Shown in pieces: positions 26,944-36,552 of a stretch of 64,000 nt of DNA (position 1 is its first letter; every line of letters begins with the position of its first letter). The stretch lies in contig JAYQIX010000001.1 in NCBI GenBank assembly GCA_038141865.1, positions 133,199 to 197,198 of the forward strand, read 5' to 3'. The notes below the pieces were generated by a model. That model worked only from the letters and a program-made list of their open reading frames with translations, did not search any database and had not been told where the DNA came from. Both the position numbers and the translations under genes were made by a program. This stretch comes from Gammaproteobacteria bacterium (lineage in GTDB: Bacteria; Pseudomonadota; Gammaproteobacteria; Magnimaribacterales; D2472).

Positions 26944-27435
26944 ATGAAAAAAGATAATGCTTATAGGTTAAACGTAGGACTAATTATTGTAAATGATAGT
27001 GGGAAGGTCTTGCTATGCAAAAGAAAAGATAATCATAAATGGCAATTTCCTCAGGGTGGTATCAATAAAGATGAAACAGCTATTTCAGCTGCTAAACGAG
27101 AGATGTTTGAAGAGGTCGGGATTAAATTTCAATCAACAATAATTATTGGTGAAACAGAGGCTTGGTATAAATATGAAGTTCCTAAAACTAAAATAAAACC
27201 TCATTTTAAAAAAAGGGGTATTGTTGGCCAAAAACAAAAGTGGTTCATGTTGAAGTTAAAACATCCTATTAATGTATCTTTTGAGAATAATCCTGATGAT
27301 GAGTTTAATGATTATGCCTGGGTATCATATTGGCATCCGTTATCTAAGATAGTATCTTTTAAGAAAGATGTTTACCAAAACGTATTGATAGAATTACTTA
27401 GTAAATATAATAAAGAGTTTAAGAATGTTGGTTGA
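26944..27435 (+). CDS. rppH: RNA pyrophosphohydrolase (Nudix)
   Basis: 163-aa ORF with YRLNVG..I, WQFPQGG and the Nudix box GG....E....AAKREMFEEVGI. Confidence 0.9.
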   Translation: MKKDNAYRLNVGLIIVNDSGKVLLCKRKDNHKWQFPQGGINKDETAISAAKREMFEEVGIKFQSTIIIGETEAWYKYEVPKTKIKPHFKKRGIVGQKQKWFMLKLKHPINVSFENNPDDEFNDYAWVSYWHPLSKIVSFKKDVYQNVLIELLSKYNKEFKNVG

Positions 27436-28210
27436 GTTGATTTCATATCTGATTGCTGGTTCTGTGGCAGGTATTCTTGCTGGAATGTTTGGCGTGGGTG
27501 GAGGAATTTTAATTGTTCCTTTATTAACTTTCATTTTCTTATCTTTAGGTTTTAATGATTCATATGTTACGCATTTAGCTGTTGGGACTTCCTTGTCTAC
27601 AATTATTTTTACAGGTTTATCATCGGCTCGAGCTCACTTTTATAGAAATGCTATTAATTTTCAAGCCTTTTATCCTGTAGCAATAGGTATATCAATTGGC
27701 TGTATTGCTGGAGCATTTGTAGCTAACTTGCTTGATGGAATAGTCCTCAGAAAAGTAATTGGGATTTTTGCTTTAATGATAGCCATTCAGATTTATATTG
27801 CAAAAAATCAAATTAAGACTTTTAAAGCCTCAAGCAGTATTGCCTTTATAAGCGGCTCTGGCATAGGTGGAATTTCAACAATTCTTGGTATTGGTGGCGG
27901 TAGCTTTACAGTTCCTTTCTTTAAATATTCTGGCCTAGATATGAAGGTATGTATTGGGACTGCTGCTGCATGCGGTGTTCCTATAGCTTTATTCGGCTCT
28001 ATTTCTTTTATTATGCTTGGTTTGGATAATTCAAATTTACCTGAGAATAGTCTTGGTTATGTCTACCTTCCAGCATTAATCGGCATATCATTAAGTAGTG
28101 TTTTTACAGCCTCGATTGGTGCAAATATTGCACACTCTGTATCAGATAAGATGTTAAGTATTTTATTTTCAATTATGATGGTTGTAATCTCAGCTTACAT
28201 GCTTTTTTAG
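27425..28210 (+). CDS. TauE/SafE (TSUP) family anion exporter
   Basis: 261-aa ORF with about 8 TM helices and repeated G.FGVGGG / LGIGGGS motifs. Confidence 0.8.
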   Translation: MLVELISYLIAGSVAGILAGMFGVGGGILIVPLLTFIFLSLGFNDSYVTHLAVGTSLSTIIFTGLSSARAHFYRNAINFQAFYPVAIGISIGCIAGAFVANLLDGIVLRKVIGIFALMIAIQIYIAKNQIKTFKASSSIAFISGSGIGGISTILGIGGGSFTVPFFKYSGLDMKVCIGTAAACGVPIALFGSISFIMLGLDNSNLPENSLGYVYLPALIGISLSSVFTASIGANIAHSVSDKMLSILFSIMMVVISAYMLF

Positions 28211-28218
28211 ACATAAAT

Positions 28219-29010
28219 ATGATTATAGAATTATCAGATTTTTTTAATAACCCAAGCCTAGTTGAACTAGGTCCAATAAAAATTCAGTACTATGCAGTTA
28301 CCTGGTTGCTTTCAGCGGTGCTTATTTACTTGTTTCTAAGAAATCACGAGATTATTAAAAGTTTTAATTTTTCAAACGAAAAAGTTAGTGATCTTGTATT
28401 TACCTATGGTTTATTCCTTGGGGCATTTGCAGGTGGAAGAGTTGGCTACATGCTTTTTTACGGAACAGAACAGCTATTATCAAATCCGCTCTCGCTCTTT
28501 TATGTTTGGCAAGGAGGGATGAGTTTTCACGGCGGCTTGCTAGGAGTTGCTTTGAGTTTTTACATTTTTTCTAAGCAGAATAATATTTCTTTTTTAAAAT
28601 TATGTGATGCATTAACTCTCTCAATGCCGATTGGACTCGGTCTGGTTAGAATTGGAAACTTCTTAAATGGTGAGCTCTACGGTAGAGAAACAGATGGAAG
28701 TTGGGGTTTTATATTTCCTACTGATTACTTGGGCCTTACAAGACATCCTTCTCAATTATATGAAAGTTTTGGCGAAGGCCTTATTTTATTTTTTCTTTTA
28801 AAATTTATATATTCAAATAATAATAAAAAAGGCATAGTTTGCTCATCTTTTCTAATCTTTTATGGATTGATTAGATTTATAATTGAAAATTACAGACAGC
28901 CTGATTCGCATCTTGGGTTTCTTGTATTTGATTTAAGTATGGGTCAAATACTTTGTATACCAATGATTATTGCTGGCTTAATAATATTTAACTATTCCAG
29001 GAAAGCTTAA
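28219..29010 (+). CDS. lgt: Prolipoprotein diacylglyceryl transferase
   Basis: 263-aa polytopic ORF with GGRVGY, WQGGMSFHGG, RIGNF.NGEL.GR and HPSQLYES. Confidence 0.9.
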   Translation: MIIELSDFFNNPSLVELGPIKIQYYAVTWLLSAVLIYLFLRNHEIIKSFNFSNEKVSDLVFTYGLFLGAFAGGRVGYMLFYGTEQLLSNPLSLFYVWQGGMSFHGGLLGVALSFYIFSKQNNISFLKLCDALTLSMPIGLGLVRIGNFLNGELYGRETDGSWGFIFPTDYLGLTRHPSQLYESFGEGLILFFLLKFIYSNNNKKGIVCSSFLIFYGLIRFIIENYRQPDSHLGFLVFDLSMGQILCIPMIIAGLIIFNYSRKA

Positions 29011-29873
29011 TGAGAGCATATCTAGATCTTTTAGAGTATATTTTAGAAAATGGTGAGGTCAGGAATGATAGAACCAAGACTGGTACCATTTCATCTTTCG
29101 GCCATCAGCTTAAATTTGATCTTTCAGATGGATTTCCTGCGGTAACTACAAAGTCTCTTGCATGGAAAGGAGTGGTTTCAGAACTCTTGTGGTTTTTAGA
29201 AGGCTCTAGTGATGAAAGAAGACTTGCTGAGATAAGATATAACAAGCCAAGAAGTGAATTAAAAGACCTTTCAAAATTCTCAACTATATGGACAGAGAAT
29301 GCTGACAATCAAGGAAAAGAACTTGGTTATATAAATACAGATACAATTAAAGACCTTGGTCCAGTTTATGGTGTGCAATGGAGAAATTGGTCTGGTACTG
29401 ATCAAATAAAAAAACTTATACATGACCTTAAAGTTAATCCAGATGGAATAAGGCACATTCTATCTGCATGGAATGTAAATGAACTAGATAAGATGGCGCT
29501 TCCGCCTTGTCATGTTATGTCTCAATATTATGTAAGTAACGGTACTATTAGCTGTCATATGTATCAGAGAAGCGCTGACATGTTTCTTGGTGTTCCATTT
29601 AATATTGCCAGTTATGCCTTATTATTATCTATTCTTGGAAATATTCTTGATCTAAAGCCAAAATATTTTGTTCATTCATTTGGTGATGCTCATATCTATA
29701 GCAATTCTATAGAGCAAGTAAAAGAGCAGCTATCAAGAGAGCCTCTTCCTCTGCCTAAATTAAAAATGCCTAATATAAGCTCTATCGATGAAATAAAAGA
29801 TCTATCAATAGAAGATTTTAGATTAGATGGGTATGAGCATCATCCTCCAATTAAAGCAAAAATGGCTATATAA
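29010..29873 (+). CDS. thyA: Thymidylate synthase
   Basis: 287-aa ORF with YLDLL..IL, RTKTGT.S.FG, LPPCH (active-site Cys), YQRSADMFLGVPFNIASY and GD.HIY.N. Confidence 0.95.
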   Translation: MRAYLDLLEYILENGEVRNDRTKTGTISSFGHQLKFDLSDGFPAVTTKSLAWKGVVSELLWFLEGSSDERRLAEIRYNKPRSELKDLSKFSTIWTENADNQGKELGYINTDTIKDLGPVYGVQWRNWSGTDQIKKLIHDLKVNPDGIRHILSAWNVNELDKMALPPCHVMSQYYVSNGTISCHMYQRSADMFLGVPFNIASYALLLSILGNILDLKPKYFVHSFGDAHIYSNSIEQVKEQLSREPLPLPKLKMPNISSIDEIKDLSIEDFRLDGYEHHPPIKAKMAI

Positions 29874-30359
29874 ATGATAGTATCCCACCTAGTAGCAGTT
29901 TCAAAAAATAATGTAATAGGCAAAGACAACGACCTGCCTTGGAAGCTAAAACGCGATCTACTGCACTTCAAAGAATACACAACAAACAAAACAATCTTAA
30001 TGGGAAGAAAAACTTTTGAATCCATTGGGAAGCCCTTGCCAAATAGAACTAATTTTGTAATCTCAAATACTATTAAATCAATAGATGGTGCATCGGTATA
30101 TACAAATATGCAGGATGCTGTTGATAACGTGCCAGATGGAGAAGAGGTTGTAATCATTGGTGGCGGGTATCTTTTTAGAGAGTCCGTAGACTATTTCAAC
30201 AAACTTGTTTTAACAGTTGTAGATTGCGAGATTGATGGCGATGTTTTTTACCCTGAAATTGATTTAACTAATTGGAGTCTTGAAAGCACAATTGACTATA
30301 AGAAAGATGAAGAAAATGAATATGACTTCAGCGTAAAGACTTATATCAAGAATTCTTAA
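29874..30359 (+). CDS. folA: Dihydrofolate reductase
   Basis: 161-aa ORF with IGKDN.LPW....DL..FK..T, ILMGRKTFESIGKPLP.R and GGG. It starts 1 nt after the thyA stop. Confidence 0.9.
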   Translation: MIVSHLVAVSKNNVIGKDNDLPWKLKRDLLHFKEYTTNKTILMGRKTFESIGKPLPNRTNFVISNTIKSIDGASVYTNMQDAVDNVPDGEEVVIIGGGYLFRESVDYFNKLVLTVVDCEIDGDVFYPEIDLTNWSLESTIDYKKDEENEYDFSVKTYIKNS

Positions 30360-31751
30360 TAAATTCTCTTCTCAGTGCGAGATTCTTAACCCTTACTTCT
30401 TCATTCTCAGTGTATCTTATCCAGTTGTTTGCAGTTGCTATAACTTTTTTATCTTTATCTCTAGCTGCGATTCCAAACTGCTTTTTGGCTTCGTCAAACT
30501 GCTGCAACTCAAAATATGCTTGTCCTAATGTGAGATGAACTTGAGATACTTTTGAAATTTTTCCTTTCTTAAGACCCTTTTTAATTGAATCAATTGCAAG
30601 CTCTAACTTATCTTCTGCAAGATATAAATTGCCTAAAAGCACATAGTTTTTACCCTCTTTAGACATCTTTGCTGCTTTTTCTAAAATAGGAATAGCTTTA
30701 TCAATTTCCTGTGACATTCTCCAGGAATCAGCAAGCAATCTAAGATTTTTTCGGAGTCCTTTACAACACTAACCAAGCTCTCTTCTTTTGTTTCATCGTC
30801 AACTCGAATTACTTTCTTTATGCTTCCGGCTTCGAGAACCTTGGCAGCCTGGTATGGATTTTGATTAAGCAGTAACAGTTGAGCTAAAGTCACGTATTCG
30901 GTTTCTTTATCAAGCAAGTCTTTTAAATATGCTGAATTTAATGTCACCATGAAATCCTTTTCTCTATCAAGCTGTCCATAAGTCTGTCCAAGCCTTACAA
31001 AATATGATTTTTTTGGATATAGATTTACAAGGATTTCGTAGATATCAACTTGCTTCAACATGGCTTTTTTAGGCCCAATCTTGTTTTTAAGTTCTTCTAC
31101 AGATGCGACAATTACTATGTACCAGTTTTCTTTTGGTTTATAGCCCTCTTCCTCAGCAAGTGTTATGGCTTTCTCCATATTAAGAAGAGCCTTATCAAAA
31201 TCACCAAGCTGATAATAAGCTGTAGCTAATATTGACCATGATTGAGCTGTAACTTTTTCAACTTGCGTCATCCACTCTAGTAAAAAATCTACTGATTTCT
31301 GGAATTCTTCATTAGCCATGTATAGCTGAGCTAAAGTTAATAGACCTGCATTTCTTAACCCCAGGGTTACCTCAGGCTCGTTAATTAATTTTGTATATGC
31401 ATCAATTGCAAGATCTACCTCTTCATCAACTATGTACATGTAGCCCCATGAGTTCCAGACTACAGACCTGTCATAGCTTCTTAAGTTCTGGGCATCATCT
31501 CTGAGATCTCCCAATAATTCTTTGGCAGTTTCGTAGTCAGGATCTTCTTTACCAGTTTCTTCATCAATTCTTTCTAAAGCTTCATAAACTTTTGCCATTC
31601 TCTTTGCTGTAGAAGATTGAAGTGCTCTTGCTTTTTTATACTTAATTTTTTGATCAGATTTTGCTGAGCTTTGAGCATTCGTTTCAATTGGGACAAATAA
31701 AAGTGAAAAGGATATAAAAATTGCTTTGAATAATTTCTTATTTAGTTTCAT
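30346..31751 (-). pseudogene. TPR-repeat protein of the TonB2 module (TtpD-like), split by a 1-nt frameshift in a T6 run
   Basis: ORFs 30681..31823 and 30346..30738 are two halves of one TPR protein. Adding one A to the A6 run (plus-strand T6 at 30746-30751) joins ...VKDSEK-NLRLLADSWRMSQ.... Signal peptide MKLNKKLFKAIFISFSLLFVPIETNA starts at 31751. Confidence 0.6.
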
Positions 31752-31752
31752 T

Positions 31753-32451
31753 CTAATCATCCTCCGCCAATATAAATGTAAATCTATGAAGCACATCATC
31801 AACAGCAACAGCCTTTCCATCAACTATTTTAGGCTTATACTTTAATTTTAATGCAGCCCTTGAAGAGGCGCTATTAAACATTGTACATGGTCTGAACTCT
31901 GTATCAGGGTTTGTGGGATCTCCACAAAAACCTTCTACAGGCTCTACATTCTCTACAGTGCCACTTTCAGTAATAGTAAATTTAACCAAAGCATAACCTT
32001 GAGTACCTCTTTCCTGAGCTCTTCTTGGATATATAGGAGTCACTTTAAATAATGGTATATATTCACCATCTCTAAAAAAACTTCCTCCTGTCATTTTTTG
32101 AGCTTTAGGCTTGCTTATGGTTACATCAAGCCCAGTAAGCGGCTGAAGATCAACATCGGGTTGTGCTATGTCTTCTGGTTGCTCCTCTGGCTTTTCTGGC
32201 TTATCTACTTCTGTCATGAAAGTATCTATTTGCCTCTCAGGCATTACAATATCAGCAAGTTTTACTGATTTATCCTCTTTCATTGCCATATCACCAAGAG
32301 ATATAAGCAAAACCATCACAGAAAAAAGTATTGTGGTTATCAGAACAGAAAAAGTAACACCTGCAACCCATTTATTAGCATTGAATGCTTTTACATATAA
32401 TCCATGTATTATTCCAAGAGGTAGAGATAGTATCTTAAGAACTGAATCCAT
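31753..32451 (-). CDS. tonB: TonB family energy transducer
   Basis: 232-aa ORF with an N-terminal anchor helix, an acidic/Pro-rich linker (PEKPEEQPEDIAQPD) and a C-terminal TonB domain (YP..A...G..G...V.F.I...G.V). Confidence 0.8.
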   Translation of the reverse strand: MDSVLKILSLPLGIIHGLYVKAFNANKWVAGVTFSVLITTILFSVMVLLISLGDMAMKEDKSVKLADIVMPERQIDTFMTEVDKPEKPEEQPEDIAQPDVDLQPLTGLDVTISKPKAQKMTGGSFFRDGEYIPLFKVTPIYPRRAQERGTQGYALVKFTITESGTVENVEPVEGFCGDPTNPDTEFRPCTMFNSASSRAALKLKYKPKIVDGKAVAVDDVLHRFTFILAEDD

Positions 32452-32463
32452 TAACTTTAAATC

Positions 32464-32874
32464 TTATTTTGGTTCTGATGCTAATGAAATTGCTGAGACT
32501 CCTGCCTCTCTTGCACCATCCATAACCTTAATTATAGTATCAGCAACTGCTTTTTCATCCGCTTGAATAACTACAGAGCCCTGAGGATTATCTGCAAGCA
32601 TTTTTACAACATTGGCTTTAACTTGCCTTACATCTATTCTTCTTCCATCCATCCAGACCTCTCCAGTAGGACCAACAGCAATAAGAATAGCAGCATTTTC
32701 TTGAGTTTCAGCTGTGTCAGAATCTGGTCTATTAATTTCTAAGCCAGGCTCTTTAATAAAGTTTGCTGTAACGATAAAGAAAATAAGCATAATAAAAACA
32801 ACATCCAGCATTGGTGTTAGATTTATTTCACTCTCTTCTTCTTTTACAGCAGTTGTAATTGCGTTTCTTCTCAT
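32464..32874 (-). CDS. exbD: Biopolymer transport protein ExbD
   Basis: 136-aa ORF with INLTPMLDVVFIMLIFFIV, characteristic of ExbD/TolR. Confidence 0.9.
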   Translation of the reverse strand: MRRNAITTAVKEEESEINLTPMLDVVFIMLIFFIVTANFIKEPGLEINRPDSDTAETQENAAILIAVGPTGEVWMDGRRIDVRQVKANVVKMLADNPQGSVVIQADEKAVADTIIKVMDGAREAGVSAISLASEPK

Positions 32875-32883
32875 AAAAAACTC

Positions 32884-33414
32884 CTATAACTCTCTTTTGA
32901 TCAATTCTCTAAGATCAGTTTCATGCTTCTCGCTAGCACTATTCAAATAAATACTTACAAAAACCCCTGATAATGCAACCACCATTCCTGCCATTGTTGG
33001 TAATGTTGCTTTTGAAACTCCTCCAGCCATAGCTCTAGCATCACCACCACCATTAAAAGCCATTACTTGGAAGACTTCGATCATTCCTGTAACAGTCCCT
33101 AATAACCCAAACAAAGGCGCAAGCATTACACATGTTTGTATCATGGACATATTTTTATTTATTTCAGATCTAGCTTCTGACATGAGCTTTTCTCTTATTT
33201 GTAGAGCATGCCAAGAGGTTTTGTCTTTTCTTGAATTCCATTTTTCAGCTAAGTCTTTTACATAAACGCTATGACCATGAGAAAAATACCAAATTCTCTC
33301 AAAAATCATACCCCACATAAAAAAGACTAATACGGCAATAAGCCATAACACACTTCCACCAGCTTCCATAAAGTCTCTGATGGATGTAAATGCTTCTACA
33401 AGTGCGTATGGCAT
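32884..33414 (-). CDS. exbB: Biopolymer transport protein ExbB (MotA/TolQ/ExbB channel)
   Basis: 176-aa ORF with three TM helices and APLFGLLGTVTGMI.(V)F. Confidence 0.9.
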   Translation of the reverse strand: MPYALVEAFTSIRDFMEAGGSVLWLIAVLVFFMWGMIFERIWYFSHGHSVYVKDLAEKWNSRKDKTSWHALQIREKLMSEARSEINKNMSMIQTCVMLAPLFGLLGTVTGMIEVFQVMAFNGGGDARAMAGGVSKATLPTMAGMVVALSGVFVSIYLNSASEKHETDLRELIKREL

Positions 33415-33422
33415 ATTAAATA

Positions 33423-34811
33423 TTAACTCGCTTCAGAATGCTCTGCCAGAATACCTGTACTTTGCTCTTCTAATGTACTGATTATCCCTCTAGCGGATGA
33501 AGCAGTGAAAGAATGAAGAAGTGTAGTAGGTATCGCAACAAGCAAACCTAAAACTGTAGTAACCAATGCTTGTGATATACCACCAGCCATTAATTTAGGG
33601 TCACCTGTTCCGTATAATGTGATCATTTGGAAAGTCACGATCATTCCTGTAACAGTTCCTAATAAACCAGCTAATGGAGCTACCACTGATATAATCCTTA
33701 CAGCTCCAATACCTCTTTCAATTGCAGGTCTTTCAGCCATAATCGCCTCAGCAAGTTTTAGCTCAAGAGTATCTATATCCTTATCAAAGTTATCTTTTCC
33801 AACCTTAAGGACTCTTCCAAGAGGATTGCGTGAATCGGCAACTTTAGAGTTAGCTTGGTTTCTTACTGCTTTTCCAAGCTGCGCAAGTTCAATTAACTTC
33901 CATATAGCTATAAGAATACCAATTGTACCTACAGCAATAATCGCATATCCGACCTCTCTACCCTGCTGAGCTCTCTCAAGTAATGATGGTGTTTGAATCA
34001 AGTTTGCTAATAAGCTTCCGCCAGTAGGACCGGTTGGATCAATACCAAATCTAACTTGCTCTCCAGCCTCTGCTTCAGCAATATTTTTAGCTGTTTTTGT
34101 ATATCTTCCAGCAGGTTGTCTTGGCAAGAAAGAATATTCACCTTTGGTAGCCGAGTATTCTAAATATTTTCCATCACAAACCGCATTAAATAATCCAACT
34201 CTTACGACATCACACTCTGATGATGTGCCATCTACATCATTAACATTCGCAGTAAATCCAACTACTTGACCACTTGCAACCATCTCTCTTTGAAGCTCAT
34301 ACCACAACCCTTCTATTTCTCTAATAGTTGGTAATTCAGTTGTTTCTGACATTTTTTTAGTTAGATCATTTAAGAATGCAACTCTGTCAGTACCAAACTG
34401 AGCTGAAGTGAGTGAGCCAGAAAACTGGACGGCAGCCTCGCCGGCAGAACTTTGTAAGTGACCAAACAGCTCAACAAGAGAACCAAGCTCTTTTTGATAT
34501 GCCTCTTCTTTTACTCTTAAAGTCTCTTCGTTCTTTTTATATTCAGCTTCAAGTTGGTCAGCTATTTTTTCTTGTCTAGCAAGCTCTCTTTTTTCAGCAG
34601 CTAAAATAGAAGCTTGTTTACTTTTATTTGCTAAAAATTTCTTTTCTCTGTCTTTGTTTTCTGCTTGTTCTCTGGTTTTACCCTCTTTAACTAAAGATAA
34701 CAAAGCCTCAACAGTTGTTGGCTCTTCAACAGCTGCAGCATCTTCTTGAGCAAATAAAGTTGATACAAAAGAAAATAATATAAAAAACGGTAATATTCTT
34801 AGAGTTTTCAT
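33423..34811 (-). CDS. Large MotA/TolQ/ExbB-family protein (TtpC-like)
   Basis: 462-aa ORF with a signal peptide, a long periplasmic coiled-coil domain, and a C-terminal ExbB-like channel (APLAGLLGTVTGMI.TF). Confidence 0.8.
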   Translation of the reverse strand: MKTLRILPFFILFSFVSTLFAQEDAAAVEEPTTVEALLSLVKEGKTREQAENKDREKKFLANKSKQASILAAEKRELARQEKIADQLEAEYKKNEETLRVKEEAYQKELGSLVELFGHLQSSAGEAAVQFSGSLTSAQFGTDRVAFLNDLTKKMSETTELPTIREIEGLWYELQREMVASGQVVGFTANVNDVDGTSSECDVVRVGLFNAVCDGKYLEYSATKGEYSFLPRQPAGRYTKTAKNIAEAEAGEQVRFGIDPTGPTGGSLLANLIQTPSLLERAQQGREVGYAIIAVGTIGILIAIWKLIELAQLGKAVRNQANSKVADSRNPLGRVLKVGKDNFDKDIDTLELKLAEAIMAERPAIERGIGAVRIISVVAPLAGLLGTVTGMIVTFQMITLYGTGDPKLMAGGISQALVTTVLGLLVAIPTTLLHSFTASSARGIISTLEEQSTGILAEHSEAS

Positions 34812-35596
34812 TATGCCTCTCCTTTAATTACTGGCATCATTAGCATGTCTACAGGAGTAAGCTTTTTAGCCATTCTTATACCATCTCTGATAGCCTTAGT
34901 ATAACTATTTGGAAGTGACTCCCACTCACCAATTTCGTTGTTCCATCTTCCACTAGATCTCTCATCTTTAGTCTGGTAAAACATACCAACCCTTCCTATA
35001 ACAAGAACATTAACCTCTAAGTTATTGCCATCAATAGAAATTGTTTGTGGGTATGTATCAACTTTTCTTCCGTATTCTGCTTCGATGTTATAAGCCTCTA
35101 AAACCTGTCTTACCTGTTCTGAAGCAGTTACTTTTGGTTTAGCTAGAGACGATCTCACTAAGTCGATTCTGCTTTGCCTTTCTTCAAGCCTAAATGGTGT
35201 ATCTAATGAAACAAAACTTTCTAAGCTTTCAAGCATTCTTTGGGCCAAAGGGGGAATCTGCCTTTGCATCACAACTACTTGCACAAGCTGCTCATCAAGC
35301 TTATCCATAAGCTCAAGCTGAGCTTTGATTTGAATTCTTTTTTGCTCGTTATAAACTTTTAATCCTTCAACCTGCTTTGAAACAACCTTCCACTCATTTA
35401 CTATTTTGTCAGTTTGTCTCTCTGTTGCATCTATCTTATCTTGAGATGCAGCTGAAAGTTTTTGATTTTCTCTTCCAACCTCTAAAACACTCTCCATATT
35501 TATTGAGGCGCTCTCTGCTACATTTTCAGCAGAATGAACGGTAAAAGGTAAGGAAAAGGCAATGCACAATTGTGTCATTAACAATTTATTTTTCAT
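34811..35596 (-). CDS. DUF3450 periplasmic coiled-coil protein (TtpB-like)
   Basis: 261-aa ORF with a signal peptide, a coiled-coil N-half, and a C-terminal pattern (LE.YNIEAEYGR....Y...I...G....V.VL..GR) that I associate with DUF3450. It is the first gene of the module. Confidence 0.65.
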   Translation of the reverse strand: MKNKLLMTQLCIAFSLPFTVHSAENVAESASINMESVLEVGRENQKLSAASQDKIDATERQTDKIVNEWKVVSKQVEGLKVYNEQKRIQIKAQLELMDKLDEQLVQVVVMQRQIPPLAQRMLESLESFVSLDTPFRLEERQSRIDLVRSSLAKPKVTASEQVRQVLEAYNIEAEYGRKVDTYPQTISIDGNNLEVNVLVIGRVGMFYQTKDERSSGRWNNEIGEWESLPNSYTKAIRDGIRMAKKLTPVDMLMMPVIKGEA

Positions 35597-35703
35597 AATT
35601 GACTCCCTAAAAGTTTGCTTATAATAACAGCATGAACATTATATGCAAAATCTATATATAACTTTAATATTTTATCTTTTCAATGTCATTACTAACCAAC
35701 CAT

Positions 35704-36552
35704 TTAAAGCTTTGGAAATAGCATTGGGGTTGATTTTTGATAGGCCTTATATTCTTCTAAATGGCCCCATTTCTTTTGACCTCTAGCCTCCAGCATTCTA
35801 ACGCCGCTAACATGCACTAATAGCACGTAAGTAAATATTGGAGATATTAGTGTGATGTATTGAAGGCCGCTTAAAGAAGGTAATGAAATTACAGCAATTG
35901 CAGCCCATAAGACAATTTCTCCAAAGTAATTTGGATGTCTGGATTTTGCCCATAGCCCTGTAGTAATAAATTTGTCTCTATTTTCAGGAACTGATCTAAA
36001 CTTAGATTTTTCGTTATCTGCTTTTACTTCGGTATAAAAACCATAAATAAATAATCCTACTCCTAAATAATAAAATGCATTAACAACTACTCCAGACTCA
36101 GATGAGATGGCAGTTAAAGCACACATTGAACATAAAGAGACCCATAAGCCCTGCAGAGTCCATGTCATAAAAAATTGAGTTGCAGAAGGCTTAATCGTTC
36201 TGAACCTTTTATCTTCACCATCTTTATGAATTCTTGAGAATAAGAAACTTCCAAGTCTTATTGCCCATAAGCTTATGAATAAGACTATTGCGATGCTTGC
36301 TCCATTAAGATTTGTAAATTGTTCTGAGCTCATATACAGCGTGTACCATGTAACAGTTAAATAGGTCAAAGTACCTGTTAAGTCATAAAATTTTTCTGTC
36401 TGAAAAGCATATGCGGGTATAAAGGCGGCCCATTGAATAATAAAAGCAATTAGCACTGCCTCAACCACCAAGCTATTACCAGTTGCATTCGCAATTGAGA
36501 TTGCAATTAGAAATACAACTAAAGAAATTAAAAGGTTTACAATTTTTTTCAT
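35704..36552 (-). CDS. DUF1295 / steroid 5-alpha-reductase-like membrane protein
   Basis: 282-aa polytopic ORF. The C-terminal GLW..SRHPNYFGE...W motif is typical of the family. Confidence 0.75.
   Translation of the reverse strand: MKKIVNLLISLVVFLIAISIANATGNSLVVEAVLIAFIIQWAAFIPAYAFQTEKFYDLTGTLTYLTVTWYTLYMSSEQFTNLNGASIAIVLFISLWAIRLGSFLFSRIHKDGEDKRFRTIKPSATQFFMTWTLQGLWVSLCSMCALTAISSESGVVVNAFYYLGVGLFIYGFYTEVKADNEKSKFRSVPENRDKFITTGLWAKSRHPNYFGEIVLWAAIAVISLPSLSGLQYITLISPIFTYVLLVHVSGVRMLEARGQKKWGHLEEYKAYQKSTPMLFPKL

Noticed and set aside
31752-31823. N-terminal extensions in ORF-track calls: 31823 (TPR), 38423 (M2 peptidase), 11880 (rhodanese), 21367/21317 (ybjQ/hspQ), 60562 (rpiR), 58441 (TRAP SBP), 20398 and 16892
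   Set aside because: The extensions overlap neighbouring genes or precede obvious signal peptides or conserved N-termini. Internal Met codons with better context were used instead.
35597-35660. Possible Fur box upstream of the TonB2 module (ATAATGTTCATGCTGTTAT on the minus strand)
   Set aside because: Only about 11/19 matches to the Fur consensus by hand count, in a very AT-rich spacer. This is not distinguishable from background.
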